Source: Collodictyon triciliatum
Lineage: Eukaryota
Length of the DNA: 32,588 bases
NCBI GenBank assembly: GCA_043381765.1
Contig: JBHJMP010000176.1
Span: forward strand, 1 to 32,588
Reading direction: 5' to 3'
Positions within the stretch are counted from its first letter, which is position 1, and the number at the start of each line of letters is the position of its first letter. The position numbers and the translations under genes are program-made. The notes below the pieces were generated by a model. It was not told where the DNA came from. It was given only the letters and a program-made list of their open reading frames with translations, and did not search any database. Positions 18,384 to 31,578 of the stretch are shown piece by piece.

Positions 18384-20491
18384 ATGAAGGTCAGACCGTT
18401 CAGTGATTTGAATGTTGCGGAGGCCGAAAATGCAGACAGCCCAAAAACCGGCAAAGTGCCCAGCGGTGCAAATCACACCAAGCAACTCGACTGGATGGTG
18501 CCTGCCAAGCAAAACAACAATGCAGACGATTCCAGAAAGCACGAAAGTGTATCAATACCGCACGCATCAGAGTTCAGCGGCAGCCGGGATGTTTTCTCGA
18601 ATATCCAGCCGAAAGTCGGCGATGAAGTCATTTTTGGCGGGGAGCAAACCAGACCCGAGCCCAAGGACGGCAGAAAATGGTCTAAAGCAAGTGGGGCTGA
18701 GACAGCCGCAGTAAGTTGCAAGAACCAAGAGCAAGCCACCTCAAGCGAGGTTAACAAGAAGGCAGATTCCTCTATCATTACACTTGAGCTAAAGGTGGAT
18801 GCTTGGTTGATTGAAAAAAAGAAAACACTAGTCACCAGTGTGATAAACAACGAAAAGCTGTTGAATACATATTCGGGTGTTTATAAGCACAAGATTGTCT
18901 CCGTTTTTGTATCAGCCCTATGGTTTCTATGCTCTTTGAATACCTTGTCAATTTGCTTTCAAAGCCCGTTGATTCCTTCTAAAGTATACATACCGATGCA
19001 GATCCTATGCTCAGTAAACTTTTTCCTGCACCACGCCTTGTATATTAGAAGTGGTGTTGTTTTGGAGCTTTTGAGGTCGTTCAACTTTTGGTACATAATG
19101 TATAATGTAAGTTCTTTTCATGGTTGCTTGATTTATCTCTACGGACTATCGTATTCTGTCGCCCTTTCAGCGGTCCATTCCTGTTCAAGCTTGGTTCTAC
19201 TTCTTTTACTGTATGATGCACATGCAGCGAAGCACCTGAAGCAAATGAAGTTGACTCTCATTATAGGTATACTAGCTTACTTCCCTATTTTAGCACTGTT
19301 AGTTTTTCATTCTTCTGAATTTTCCCGCGAACAAGTGTATTCTGATGAAGTAGATATCGAGGTTATGAATGTAAGGCTTCAAGCTCTTGATAATCTGGGC
19401 ACTATACTTGTATATCTCCTTCGTATATTTTATACTCATATTGTGTTGAAGCAGCCAACTTCGATTGCTTTCATCTCCAGATTTTTCGAAATCCAAGCTC
19501 CCTCTCGACCTTATAAAAATCAGGTATAATCATCTAAAATATGTAGCGTGTTTCCATCTCCACGAAAGAAAATGACTAGGATCTAAATACTCCTCATCCT
19601 TTACAGACAGGTATTAGAGATTGTAGATTAGATGCGATTGAGCATAGCAATGAGACAGAACAGATTCCAGGTGAAATAGGTGGATGTTCAAATGAAAAGA
19701 ACTGTTCAGAAGACGATACTTCTTTTAGAACAAGCCTGTTTCGCCCTGAGGATGCTGAAAAGTACCTCATATTCGGGATAAGAGAGCGTCAAAGAATTTA
19801 TTATGACATGCGAAATACTGTTTTTCATCGATTTCTTTCTAAAAAGCATCCCTTTGTCGCCAGTGTACTAAAATCAAAATATTACCATATATTTGGGTTT
19901 GTATTTTGCATCATATCAATCATGATATCATGTATTTTTACGATTTGGATTGGTTTTAGAAGCGTTTTTCTAGTTACTGGATCGGTGATTACGGTCATCG
20001 GAATGAAATTCATGATTGCACAAATAATCATCACGTCAAACATCACTATGGTTCTCTACATGTTACGGTCATTTGATTTCTGGTATGTAATGTCTCTAAT
20101 TTTCAAGGTTTTGATATCATCCGGTTTTCTCTGCAACTGGGACTTTAGAATGTTTTTTTGGCTGTTTGGGATGCTCCTTTTCCTTTGGTGTATGATGCTC
20201 GATGCCTTGATGATAAAGTCCAGAAAAATATCCAGCTTTGCTCTTGTTGGATGTGTGTGGGCGCTGGGTGTTTCTATTCTCTGCAAGTTTAATGTTGGAG
20301 ATACCTTCTCGAAGGACCGGGCCCTGCATTTTTTCGGACTCCAATTCATATCGCCTCGCATCATGCTATCGACTTCAACTTTCTCTATATCTCTGTTCGT
20401 TCTTCGATTCTTTTGGAGCTACAGAAGGAACAGGAATCGTATTCTCTTTATGACTGAAAATGTTCAACTCACCAGCATCCAGCAAGAATAA
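18384..20491 (+). CDS. Uncharacterised 674-aa multipass membrane protein with two homologous hydrophobic halves; 2 exons
   Basis: ORF 18384-19529 ends CAG|GTATAA. Splicing 19524-19606 (..CCTTTACAG) joins it in frame to an open frame 19607-20491 that contains the 19808 ORF. Both halves carry LRSF[ND]FWY (19071-19094; 20063-20086) and a downstream hydrophobic-DA motif, among about 5-6 hydrophobic segments each. Confidence 0.75.
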
Positions 20492-20845
20492 AACATCGCA
20501 AGTGAAAACCCGCGTCTCGTTCCTATATCGCATCGCCCTGCTGAACTGATGTTTAATTGTTTAATAATAATGTAAAGAAAAAAAAAGCTTCATCCCTTCT
20601 GTCCGTCCTCCCCTTTTCTCTCTTTTTTCTCCGAACTCTTATTCAAAGCTGGATTCTAGCTTCCTATTTTTTTTTTTTCTCTCGTTCAAGGACACAGCGA
20701 CGAAGAAGGCTAGCTTTTCTGCTTGTCTGCAGCTTGTGAAAAGTTCCTTCTTCGTCAAGGTCTAACAAAGAGGCTTTCATTTTCTCGCTGATCCTCTCGA
20801 AGCTGCCCCGGCGAAAAAGCAACCACCACCCATCACTTACAAAAT

Positions 20846-21040
20846 CCTTTCTCTTCTTTTCTTCTTTCCCTTTTTTCTTCCTTCTTTCCCTTCTTTCCCT
20901 TCTTTCTTCCTTCTTTCCCTTCTTTCCCTTCTTTCCCTTCTTTCCCTTCTTTCCCTTCTTTCCCTTCTTTCCCTTCTTTCCCTTCTTTTCTCACTCTCTT
21001 TCTCTCCTCCCCTTCTTTTCTCACTCTCTTTCTCTCTATT
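20846..21040. repeat. Polypyrimidine tract with a (TTTCCCTTC)n array upstream of the GCFC-family gene
   Basis: Directly visible. Confidence 0.92.
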
Positions 21041-21072
21041 GCCCCGAACCGACTCGCCACCGGCCGCCAGCA

Positions 21073-24000
21073 ATGATCGGGCAGCGCACAAACAAAAACC
21101 GCCACATCCGCAAACGCACCAGCGAAATCGAAGCGGACGACATCAACGCGGCTGCTCGCTCGGGCTCTGCTGCAGCGACCGAAGAAGCAAACGGCACAAA
21201 CGAATCGACGCTCGGAGTGCAAACAAGCTCGACTGGCAAACCATACGTCGCTGGGATGCCCTCTGCTGAGACCCGTTCTGCTCAACCCAGGAGCCAAGGC
21301 CTCAGCCCAGGGTCGAGGATGAAGCAGGAAGCGGAAGACGGGGACAATGATGAGGATGAATACACACCGATGAAGATTGTGCGCCCAACAAAAGCGGGTT
21401 CTTCCGCGATGAAGACAAAGCCTGGTGCGTTCTTGTCCGTGACTCCGACCAGAGTCAAAGAAGGCCTTACGGAGACTCCAAAGTCCAGTGGCTTACAAAA
21501 ATCTGCGCAGAAAACCATGCTTAGTTTTTTCGATGAGGAAGAGGTGCGCATCATACGTTACTTACTTGATAATGGTTTTTTCTATTATAATAAACATGGT
21601 GATTACTGAATTCGTTGTTTTTTCTTTCTAATTTCATTGAAGGAGATGGCTGATGCTGCTTTGAGTGCCCCCAGGAAGACATCTTCAAAGAATCTGTCTG
21701 AAATAAAGCCTCGCACACTTGGAACCAAAATCACAAGGTGGATTGATACACAGTTGTATATCAACCTTTATTGCCTCTTTTTTCCTCTTGTTTTTTTTCT
21801 TTTTTGAAGAATGCAAAAGTTTCAGACATTACAAACAATAAGCTCATTAATTTCAAATGTTTATAGTTATCTATGTATTTAAAATAATGTGTTCATTAAT
21901 ATATGTTTACCGGCGCAGAAATGAAACCCCAGTACACGAGCGAACAGCTCATTCTTCCTACTCAACATCCTCGGTTGGGGAATACACACCAGAGAAAATG
22001 GCAGAGTTGCAGAAAATGACATTCCGCAAAAAGTTGCCAAAAGCACCACCCGCACGAAAGGAGACTACACAGACAAACGACGAGATTCCCTTGGAGATGG
22101 AGGAGGGAGAAGATGCGCCTACTTTTGTTCCTCCTGATGCGACAGCCATTCGTGCGATAAAGGAAATACGAGATCGGCGGAGACGAGAAGGAAAAGCTGT
22201 GTCGGAAGGTGCGTCAAACGGGAAGTTGGAGGAGGAGTTTATTTCATTAATTGGAAAAGACGAGAATGAAGTTGAGGAGACATCACGGCTTATCCGTGAA
22301 GAGGATGATGACGACGACGGTATAATCATTTAATCATTAGTACCTTTATATGAGCATACAATTGCATGTTTATGTCATATTTTGTCTGCTGCAACTTCGT
22401 CTGTGCATTATTTTACTTTATTCAGAAACGCTGGATGGCCGCCAGGCAAATCATATACCATTTGGAGATCCTGGCAAAGAGAAGTTATCACAAAAGACCA
22501 TCGTCATAGAGGATGAGAACAGCGACATGGACGTTAGTGAGGTTGGTTTTGGATTAAATAGTTTCTAGACATAAACAAATGTCACTTTCGTATTCTGGGA
22601 AAACCCTTTAAAATTCAAGAAGCTTCTCTTCTCTCTTTTTTCTGGACTAAACTGGCATGCGTAAAATCCCACAGGACGAAGAAGTCAAGCTTGTGGAGAA
22701 TGACCATATCAAATACAACACTCGTGTAATTTCAGCATCTGAAACAAATGTATAAGTAAACTAATTCATATAAAAATACCCTTCTCTTTCCATATTATTA
22801 ATCGATTATATGTTAGCTTATTGGCAGCTCACACCTATTGAATTAGGGACTTGGAATTTCCTCGGAATCGTTCAATCCCTCCACAATCAGTTTTCATTCT
22901 CATATGGACTACAGATTGGATTTCATTTGGACGAAATTTACCACTCTGCATGAGCGAATCAAGGAAGACTGCACAAATCTCTCTGCAGAGCAAAGTGAAC
23001 TTAAGAGGTTATTCAGAGATATATAAGATTTGGATGACCTCTATATTGCATTATATTTGGAGCATCCTATTAACGAGTCTCTTTTAAGTATTTGTTTTTA
23101 TTCAATTTTTCTTGTATGAATACCAGTAAGTTTACCATCAAGCAAGAGGAACTGTTGGCACTGGAGAAAGAGGAGTCTCAGATTATAGATCAGTATAAAT
23201 TCTACCAGGAGATTAAAATCTATCTAGAGGATCTTGTGGACTGTCTCAACACGAAGGTGGCCACTCTACACCAAAAACGTTCATTTTGATTCTTTATGGG
23301 TTGTCATTGCAGGATATTATTACTATTGTTACTATTTTCATTTGGCTATTTTTTTTTATCTAGGTATAGTCGCCATTTCTTCTTCTTCTTCTTCTTCTTC
23401 TTCTTCTTCTTCTTCTTCTTCTTCTTCTTCTTCTTCTTCTTCTTCTTCTTCTTCTTCTTCTTCTTCTTCTCCTTCTCCTTCTCCTTCTCCTTCTCCTTCT
23501 CCTTCTCCTTCTCCTTCTCCTTCTCCTTCTCCTTCTCCTTCTCCTTCTCCTTCTCCTTCTCCTTCTCCTTTGCCATCATCTTTTCTACTTTGCCCTGGAT
23601 AGGAACGCTAACTCTTCTGAATTACTTCATTTTATTACAATTTTCAACAAAGGTTCCTATGATAGAGCAGTTAGAAGAGGAGTCGACAAAGCAGAGATGT
23701 AAAATCGCCTCTGAATATTACGAAAAGAAGAGGGAGAACCGTAAAGAAGACATCCAATGGTATTTGGAAGATGCAGGTAGTTGAAAAAGTGCGATAAATA
23801 CATTCATTTTTATTCATCACTATGCTATCCTGCGTGATGGGATAATTTTAATAAGATATTGACGTTTTGTTTATGGATATAAAGTGTGATAACAGTCTTA
23901 AATTACACGGTAATTTTAAAATCCTTTTTTTAAAAACTTTTCCAAGGGATAATACCGGCTGCCAAGTCTGAAGTTGATGAATTTGGAAGAAACCGAGCAT

Positions 24001-25379
24001 ATGCAAAATCGTCTGTGAAGCAGAAACGTGCAGAAGCTAGGAAGCAATTTATCCAAAAGCTCAATGTACCAAAAAAAAAATCTAAAAAAAAAAAAAAGAT
24101 AATATGTGCTCTATGTCTGTGTAATAACTCTATGGTTTTCACTCTTTTTTTTAAAAACCGTTTTGTCTCTTTTTTATCTTTATTTTTGCTCGATTTTTAC
24201 TATGTGAAATTGTTTCATCATAATACATAACTGCAACACAGGAAAAGAAGGAGGCCAATCCAAATGTCGATGAATGGTCATCAGACGAAGACGACCAAAT
24301 CTTCTCTAATATAAGAAAGATTGATGGTACATTTTGCACTCATTCATTTATTCTCATTACTTAGCTGTAACTAAAGGTATCTTCTACATGTCGCAAATTA
24401 TGGTTCTTTTCTACGGCAGTTCTTTTTGTTTTTTATGCTGCATGTTGGGCCGATCTCTTTCTTCATTACTTTCAACCTATAAACGAACAAACGCACGTAG
24501 AAGACACCGCCGAATCCGCCTCGAGTATAATGAGTGACACTGTCGATGAGTACCGGTCACTCAAGTTTATTAAGGTATGTAAATGCTGAAGGCTTTTGTA
24601 ATCCATATCACCCAAATGATGAAATAAATGCACTCACCTCAGCCTTGGTAACCATTTATGACCTAACCACGGTGCCAAACAATGCTTGTCTTGCAGGAAA
24701 AACTCGAGGACTGGAGGAATCGCTATCCAACCTCCTATCGAGAGGCTTTTGTCTCATACTCAGCTCCCACCTTATTTGCGCCATTTATTCGCCTTGAAAA
24801 TTTAACATGGTACCCGTTTACCAATCCTGACTTCACAAAGACCGAATGGTGCTCTCTCCTCTTTGATTACGGAATGAGCGAGGTTTGACTCTGATGCTAA
24901 ACATATATTTCAAACCATTTTACTTTTCGAGGAGAATGCTTTACATCATCGAATTTGTTAGTGGACACTAAGAACTCCATTCTAGAATCCTGACCTCGAA
25001 GATGATGATGCCAAGGTTTTGCCGTCTTTAATGGAAAAGGTGTGTACTAAATCTTTGATTTATTTGATCTGTCTATAATTATTTTTTCTTTGTCGAAACA
25101 AAAGTCAAACAAGTGGAAATGCAGAAGAATAATATTCCCGCAATATAATCTTTTTTTTTTTTCACAAATTAAAATTGCTGTTTGGTCAGGTCCTGCTTGT
25201 TCTCGTTCTTGATTTGTTCAAAAAGGCGTGGAACCCCGAGTCTATCAACCAAACCAGGGCTGCCATCAAATTCATCCAAGAAGTGGTTGTCTTTGTCGAA
25301 CCAAGTAGCCAATCCATTCTGGTCTGCTTCAACTGACTTGAATGTCAAACATTCTGCCTATGAGATACTTTTTTATTAA

Positions 25380-25478
<99 letters not shown>

Positions 25479-26401
25479 ATATGCCAAGATGTTTCAGCTG
25501 GTTTCTGTATTGGTCATTCCGCTCGTCCCTAATGCCAGGCACAAATGCAAATATAGGATATATTTGATGGGATTATGAATCGACTTCGCGAACTTGGAGA
25601 GGACTGCAGTATACCGCTCCATCCAAAGGCGCTGGTTGACAGTGACGAAGACCTGAGCACTCGTTGCTTTTGGAGATGTGTTAAGGTCCCACGATCTAAA
25701 AATGAGATGAAGATATCAATATATTTCTTATGAGCGTGTCACACAACTTCCCGTGTCCCTCTTTTATATCTATCCACTACGAAACAATATTATTCATCGC
25801 CTGATTTGTATTTCTGAACATGAGCCATGTCGCAGATTCTCCATGTCATAAAGCTCTGGTCAGGTTTACTGAGCAATGCAGCACTCCAGGATATCGCCAC
25901 GAGCATACTCAATAATCAGATTGTCCCATATCTCAAAGCGTGTAAGGTGAATGCCATGCTTCTGTCCAAGTGCGAAAAGGTGAAGTACAGACTTTTGCAT
26001 GATTCAAACCAACGTTCTGAATTCTCTGCAATCTCATCACAACTTCAGGATGCGAAAATAAGCACAAGTGGACTACCTTTATAATTTTCTTTGTTTCATT
26101 CATTTCTTCAATTCTTCACAATATTAAAAGGTTCGAGAGCAATTTCCAAATTCCTGGACTCAGGCGCCCAACAGCCGCGGCGTTCCAGCGTTCGCTCGGG
26201 ACTTTGCCGCTTTCATAGTCGGCTCTCTGTGTTCTAAAAAAGGAGGCAAGTGCAGCGAATGTTTTTCTCAATCAAGATAATCTTTTCCTGCCATTCACAC
26301 TCTGATATATCCAACAAGGTGCTATGTTTCTGCCGACCGAGCGGCTCTGCAAATTACTCAAGAGCCTCAATGACCTCGAAAACTGCGCAATTTTATTCTG
26401 A
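21073..26401 (+). CDS. PAXBP1/GCFC2 (GC-rich sequence DNA-binding factor, plant ILP1, Ntr2-related) spliceosome-associated protein, 18 exons
   Basis: Hand-spliced, phase-consistent exons with family-like segments: LSFFDEEE, PDATAIRAIKEIRDRRR, EEFISL, SRLIREEDDDDD, YKFYQEIKIYLEDLVDCLNTK|VPMIEQLEEE, VDEFGRN, IMSDTVDEYRSLKFIK|EKLEDWRNRYPTSYREAFVSYSAPTLFAPFIRLENLTWYPF, WCSLLFDYG, DDDAKVLPSLMEK|VL, AWNPES. The last exon depends on the donor chosen. Confidence 0.88.
23376..23570. repeat. Compound (TTC)n(TTCTCC)n microsatellite in an intron
   Basis: Directly visible. Confidence 0.97.
25381..25476. repeat. (ATT)n microsatellite in an intron
   Basis: Directly visible. Confidence 0.97.
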
Positions 26402-26724
26402 AGTTTAGTGTCCTTTAAATCTCTCCATCAGAATATCGGCAACGAGAACGAAAATAAAATCAACTAAAATTCACAAAAGGTCGCAGTCTGCTTATTTGCA
26501 ATTGTATGGGCCATCACAATAAAAGTGGTACAAAATAAAAAGCTGAGGAGAAGAAAACAAAGAATAACACAACCACTTTTCCTCGCTTTTTTTTTTATTA
26601 TATTAACATAATCTCAGAAAAGAAGTGTTGATTGAAATTTATTATGAGAGGAAAAACTAACTGTGATTTTTCCTTACTTTCTTTCACTTTTTTTTCTTCG
26701 GTTGCGGCAATATCTTCGGAGATG

Positions 26725-29700
26725 TTAATCGGTATAACTCAAGGAAGGTGGTGCAATCTCTTTGCAAGGCTCAACCTCGAACGAGATTTTTGCTCCCGCG
26801 CCATCTCCAAGCTGTCGATTAACTAAAACAACAAGGGAACAGAGACGGCGAGTGATAATCGATGTAAAAACACAACCCTGGCTTTGTGATGTTGAAATCG
26901 GATGAACATTCAGTCATGAAATCGATAGTTACCGAGTTTGTGATAAGCGCCGTTCTTTGCAAGCAGCTGGTGGTGAGTCCCAAGCTCCACAATACACCCG
27001 TCTTCTACAACCGCAATCTGGTCGGCAGACTACAATTTATTCAAGTAGAATGAAGCAGAATTAGACTTGATGGTTTACCAACCACCTCCTCTATAATCAA
27101 CGCCGAATCACGAGTCAGAAATATATAAAAAAAACTATTTCCCAACACGATAGTCAAAAGAAGAAAATAAGCTCTTTTTTTCAAGTTATAATGCGATATT
27201 GTTGCTGAAAGGCAAAGAACAAAGAAAACAAAAATGAAAAAAGGACAGATTCTGACGAAAATGTGCATTACAACGAAAAGAATAACCCGCACCATAACAG
27301 TCGACAAGCGATGCGCGATAATCAAAACAGTACGACCAGACATGAGGCGTTCCTGAGTATCAAAGAATGAAAAATTCAAAATGTTGCAGAAATGAAAAAG
27401 AACCTGGCTTTGAGGTGGGTGGTCATGTGAATTCAATAAAATATTTATTTGTTTAATTAATTTTACATACAAGAGCTTCTTGCACAAGATGCTCGCTTTC
27501 TGAATCCAAAGCGCTAGTGGCTTCATCCAACAAAAGAATTCTTGGGTCTTTCGGGAAGAAGCAAAAAAAAAGTGTCGGTTAGATCAATATAATCATGAAT
27601 AAAAAATCATGTACTTCCTGCGCATAAACTTTGATGCGAATTGTATCGAACAAACCGGTTTTATAAATACCTTTCAGCAACGCTCTTGCGATGGCAACTC
27701 GTTGCTTTTGCCCACCAGAAAGTCGAACTCCCCGTTCGCCAACCTTAATCGCGCAATAGAGGTCGAGACTGGTCAAAGGTGCACGCAGTATAATTCCAAT
27801 CGAATATGCGCTCAATATATTACATTTTTGAAACGATTGTACTAGCATAGAAAAAAATAAAGAAAAATAAAAAAAACCGTAGTGTTGAATCCATCAGGGA
27901 ACTTCAAGATGAACTCAAGAGCATTTGCTTTTCTGGCGGCATCCTGTATTTCTCTGTCTGCAATTCCATCCGGATTTTCGACAGCATATGCGATATTGTT
28001 TCGGATGGATGTGGCGAATAGGACGGGTTCTTGACTGTGAGTGAAAGAAAATTAAACATGCTGGGCATTTCTTTGTGCTATCATGCGTAATATGAAATGA
28101 GACTAGTAAGAGAATTATGTCGCTGTTTTTTTTCCGACTTTCTAAAAAATTTGAAAGGCTTTTGTAAGGTTACCTAACAACCGCAATTTGACTTCTCAAC
28201 CAGTGTGGATTTAGTTCGTTTAATGGACGTCCATCTATTTATTTATTATTGTTCTTATTATTTTACAAGAAATGGGTTTAAATCTAACGCAAGTTTCCTT
28301 TGTGGAGAAAAAGTGATGAATAACAAAAGTGATGTTGACCTAGGGTGATAGAACCTTCTTTGGGGTCGTAGAACCTCTGAATTAGCTGTGCCTTTTGAAC
28401 GATTTAAAATAAGTATTATTGATTATTCTACACTGGCAATCGAAAAAAATAAGTTGTGTAATTTAAGAATGCGAAAGACATTTGGCGGAATCGCAAATCA
28501 TACTATCGTTGATTTTCCACCGCCTGACGGACCAACCAGAGCAACCACTTTTCCAGGTGTTATTTGAAGCTTGAGCTCTATGTTAATATTAAAAAAAAAA
28601 CTTTCCATCATGATTCTTTCACTATTCCACTCAATACCTAAGTTTCTAAAAGCGCTGACTAGTAAAAAAAAAGCATGAAAAAGTAAAAAGAACCCTTCAA
28701 AACCGGCACATTCTCTCGGCTTGGATAGCAGAAGCTGACCTACATAATACATAAGCAAGATGAAGCATGCCTAATTTGGAGGTATCTTATTGGTAAACTC
28801 CACGCATTTGCTTTGGTAATTGCACTCTTAATAGCGACTTGAACTCACATTGTCGATGTTGATGAAACCTTCGCAATCAGATGGGATAATCCCACCATTC
28901 GTGCAATTTTCCATGCTTGGTTTTCTGTCAATCAGTTCAAAAACACGCTGACTAGCACCTATTTCAATTCATATTTAAATGTCTGTTTTACAGAAATAAG
29001 ACATCAGAACAAATTATGATATTCAATGCTTCTGTAATCAAGTTCGACATCTCTGTGATGCAATTGATACCTATGGCCTTCATCATGTCTATATGGAATG
29101 AAAGTTAGTAGCTGTCGTGACAGTACATTAGCAATTTTCAAGGAAATTGTATTCTTTGCATTTTCTTCATATCGTTAACGACCATATGTCTTTAAAAACA
29201 TATAAATATGCGCATATATCAAAATATTCGGACCAGTGTATAGAGCGGACAAAAACGCCAGTGAAACACTGGTAAATACAGTGTACAAAACAAAGGCTCC
29301 AAGGGTGGCGAGACTCATATCGCCGCTGATTACAAGATTTCCTCCGTACCTGAGAAAGAAGAACATTTCACGTTTGTCTCTTTACGGAATACAAGCTGTG
29401 CATCAGATGTCTTGTGCAAAGAAATATTGGATGTTGGCACCATTTGTCATCTCACAAACCAAAGAACCAATATCAGGGCAAAGTTGACTGCTATTGTAGC
29501 TCCTCCCTAAGATAAAGGAAGCCAAAAAAATCACGGTTGAATGGCGTTTTAAGCTCGAATGAATTGAATATGGAGGAATAAAAGCACATAAACTCAGATT
29601 ATCAGTATACCTGGAATGCACCCGATGCAATATATTGATAAGCAGCAAGTCTATATGTGGCGTTGATCTGATCGGAATAGCGTGTTTCTTCTTTGCCCTC

Positions 29701-31578
29701 CTTCGAAAATGACCGAGTAGTTCTTATATTCCCAATTACTTCCTCGGCTATAGCAGTGGCCTTTCGTGAACGAATGAGGGGAGTATTAGAACACATTATG
29801 TTCCGCCAATATGTGGCCCCAGAGCGTTAGATATTCATAAACAATGGATTTCAACCTGAGCCAAAGAGTCTTGGGTTTGCTTGGAAAGTCTTTTGACATA
29901 CTTGCCGTACTTCATAGTACCTGTTCGTAACATATCGGGAAAAAAAAAACGGAAATTGGTTGATGCTTTCGTTTTTCGACGATAAAGTTAAACGATTCGT
30001 AATTGGCATGTTGACTGAATTATATATCCAAATCTAAGTCTGAAAAGAAAGTTCAATTTGAAAAGATGGTCAAACCCAATGCCACGATGGGGACGACGCT
30101 CAGCATTATCTACAGACCGATATACACATAAATTTAAACGCATTAGTCAAAAGATAAATAACTAGAAACACAATTGGTCATGTATCTCTTTGTAAAAAAA
30201 ACCAGAGTTAGCTTCCAAGATATATAGAAAAGTATGAAGATCCCGCCTATGGCCTAGATTCCAGACACGTCAGTATGTTTCTTTTTAATCACATTGGTGT
30301 AGAAGAGTGTTGAAAAGACAGTTTCGAAAGCAACCTGCACAATAAAACGCAAGGCCATGGATATATTGACAGTCACAGCACTTTGCACGACAGCCACATC
30401 CACAGTGATTCGATCGATTATTTCTCCGGTGCGGTTCATATCAAAGAACCCGATTTCCTTCATATATTTACATAAATTTGAAGACACAAAACCAAAGTTA
30501 TTGTTATGCCATAGATTTTTTTTTATCAAAGGAAGGTCTGAGATATTATATGGGCGAGAAAGAAAGAGAGTCGCATCCTGACCTGCCGAATAACATTGGA
30601 AAAAACTTTCCTTCTCAGTTTCGAGACGATTCTCTCGCCTAATTGTATACCCCACGACAAAGGTTAGAGCGAAAAATTAAATTGATGAGTGGCACACTGG
30701 TCTATTTGAAAAGGAACTGAATAGATGGGAAAAGTGTATCGCATCGTATTGATTTTTCCTTGGATATATACTGAATGTAGGCATATATTAGCTACCGGCA
30801 AGATGAAATAGACTGGCGCGAAGGGCGGTGGTGATTCCCAAGATAACAAATATAACCATCATTAGAATCGTGACTTTGTTCAAATCTTCCTACGTGATTA
30901 CATAAATAAACTTCTGTCTGCAAAATTGACATTATAAAGATGTTGATACAAAAAAGAATAAACAAGCAACACAATCTCGCGAATCCAAATCAACATTCTA
31001 CTTTGCCTCCATTTTCATCCAGAGCTGACAACATGAGTCCCTAAGATTAGCAATAAGCCATATTATTGAATGACTGAAAGTGTTGCAATCAATCTTGAGC
31101 AAATTCTTTTTATTTTATTTTACTTTTCCGAAAATGAATATTATAAATAATGCACACATCCCGAGTTCTCTCTAGAGTGCTTTCTTTTCTTCACATAAAT
31201 AAAGAGCGATAGAGAGAGAGAGAAAGAGAGGCTCCAATCACTCACCAAAATGGCTGGGATGGCCATCTGTGCAGCACTTGATAGTGCCAAAGACATTGTC
31301 GCTGCCAATATAAGCCATCTTTCCTCAAAGGCAAGGGCCATTAGTCTGCTCGGAGGTACATGCACCGGCTCATTGTGTCCCTTTGTGAACGCAGCATCGT
31401 AAGACCTCGACACGTAGCGCCTCTGCTTTCTGTCCATCGGCACGATGCCTTTCAAAACAATACATCAGGCAAACATAATCGCTATTCGCAAAGAAACCTT
31501 ATCGCCTTGCTCAGGATCGTTCAGGCTGGTCATCTCGGCAACCTCTTCCAACGCCGCGCTTCTTCTCGGACGAAACAT
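26725..31578 (-). CDS. ABCB-family half-transporter (TMD-NBD; TAP/ABCB9/ABCB10/plant ABCB27-like), ~22 exons, apparently intact
   Basis: Spliced motifs: [79 protein letters not shown], Walker [72 protein letters not shown]. Stop TAA at 26727-26725. The start (ATG 31578) and the first intron are uncertain. Confidence 0.93.

Noticed and set aside
20846..21040. (TTTCCCTTC)n and other arrays as telomeric repeats or CRISPR arrays
   Set aside because: They are internal, have no unique spacers and no cas genes nearby, and the units differ from locus to locus; simple sequence repeats.
22890..22914. Apparent 25-nt GT..AG micro-intron in the GCFC-family gene
   Set aside because: Using the acceptor near 22846 gives a continuous open exon with no micro-intron needed.
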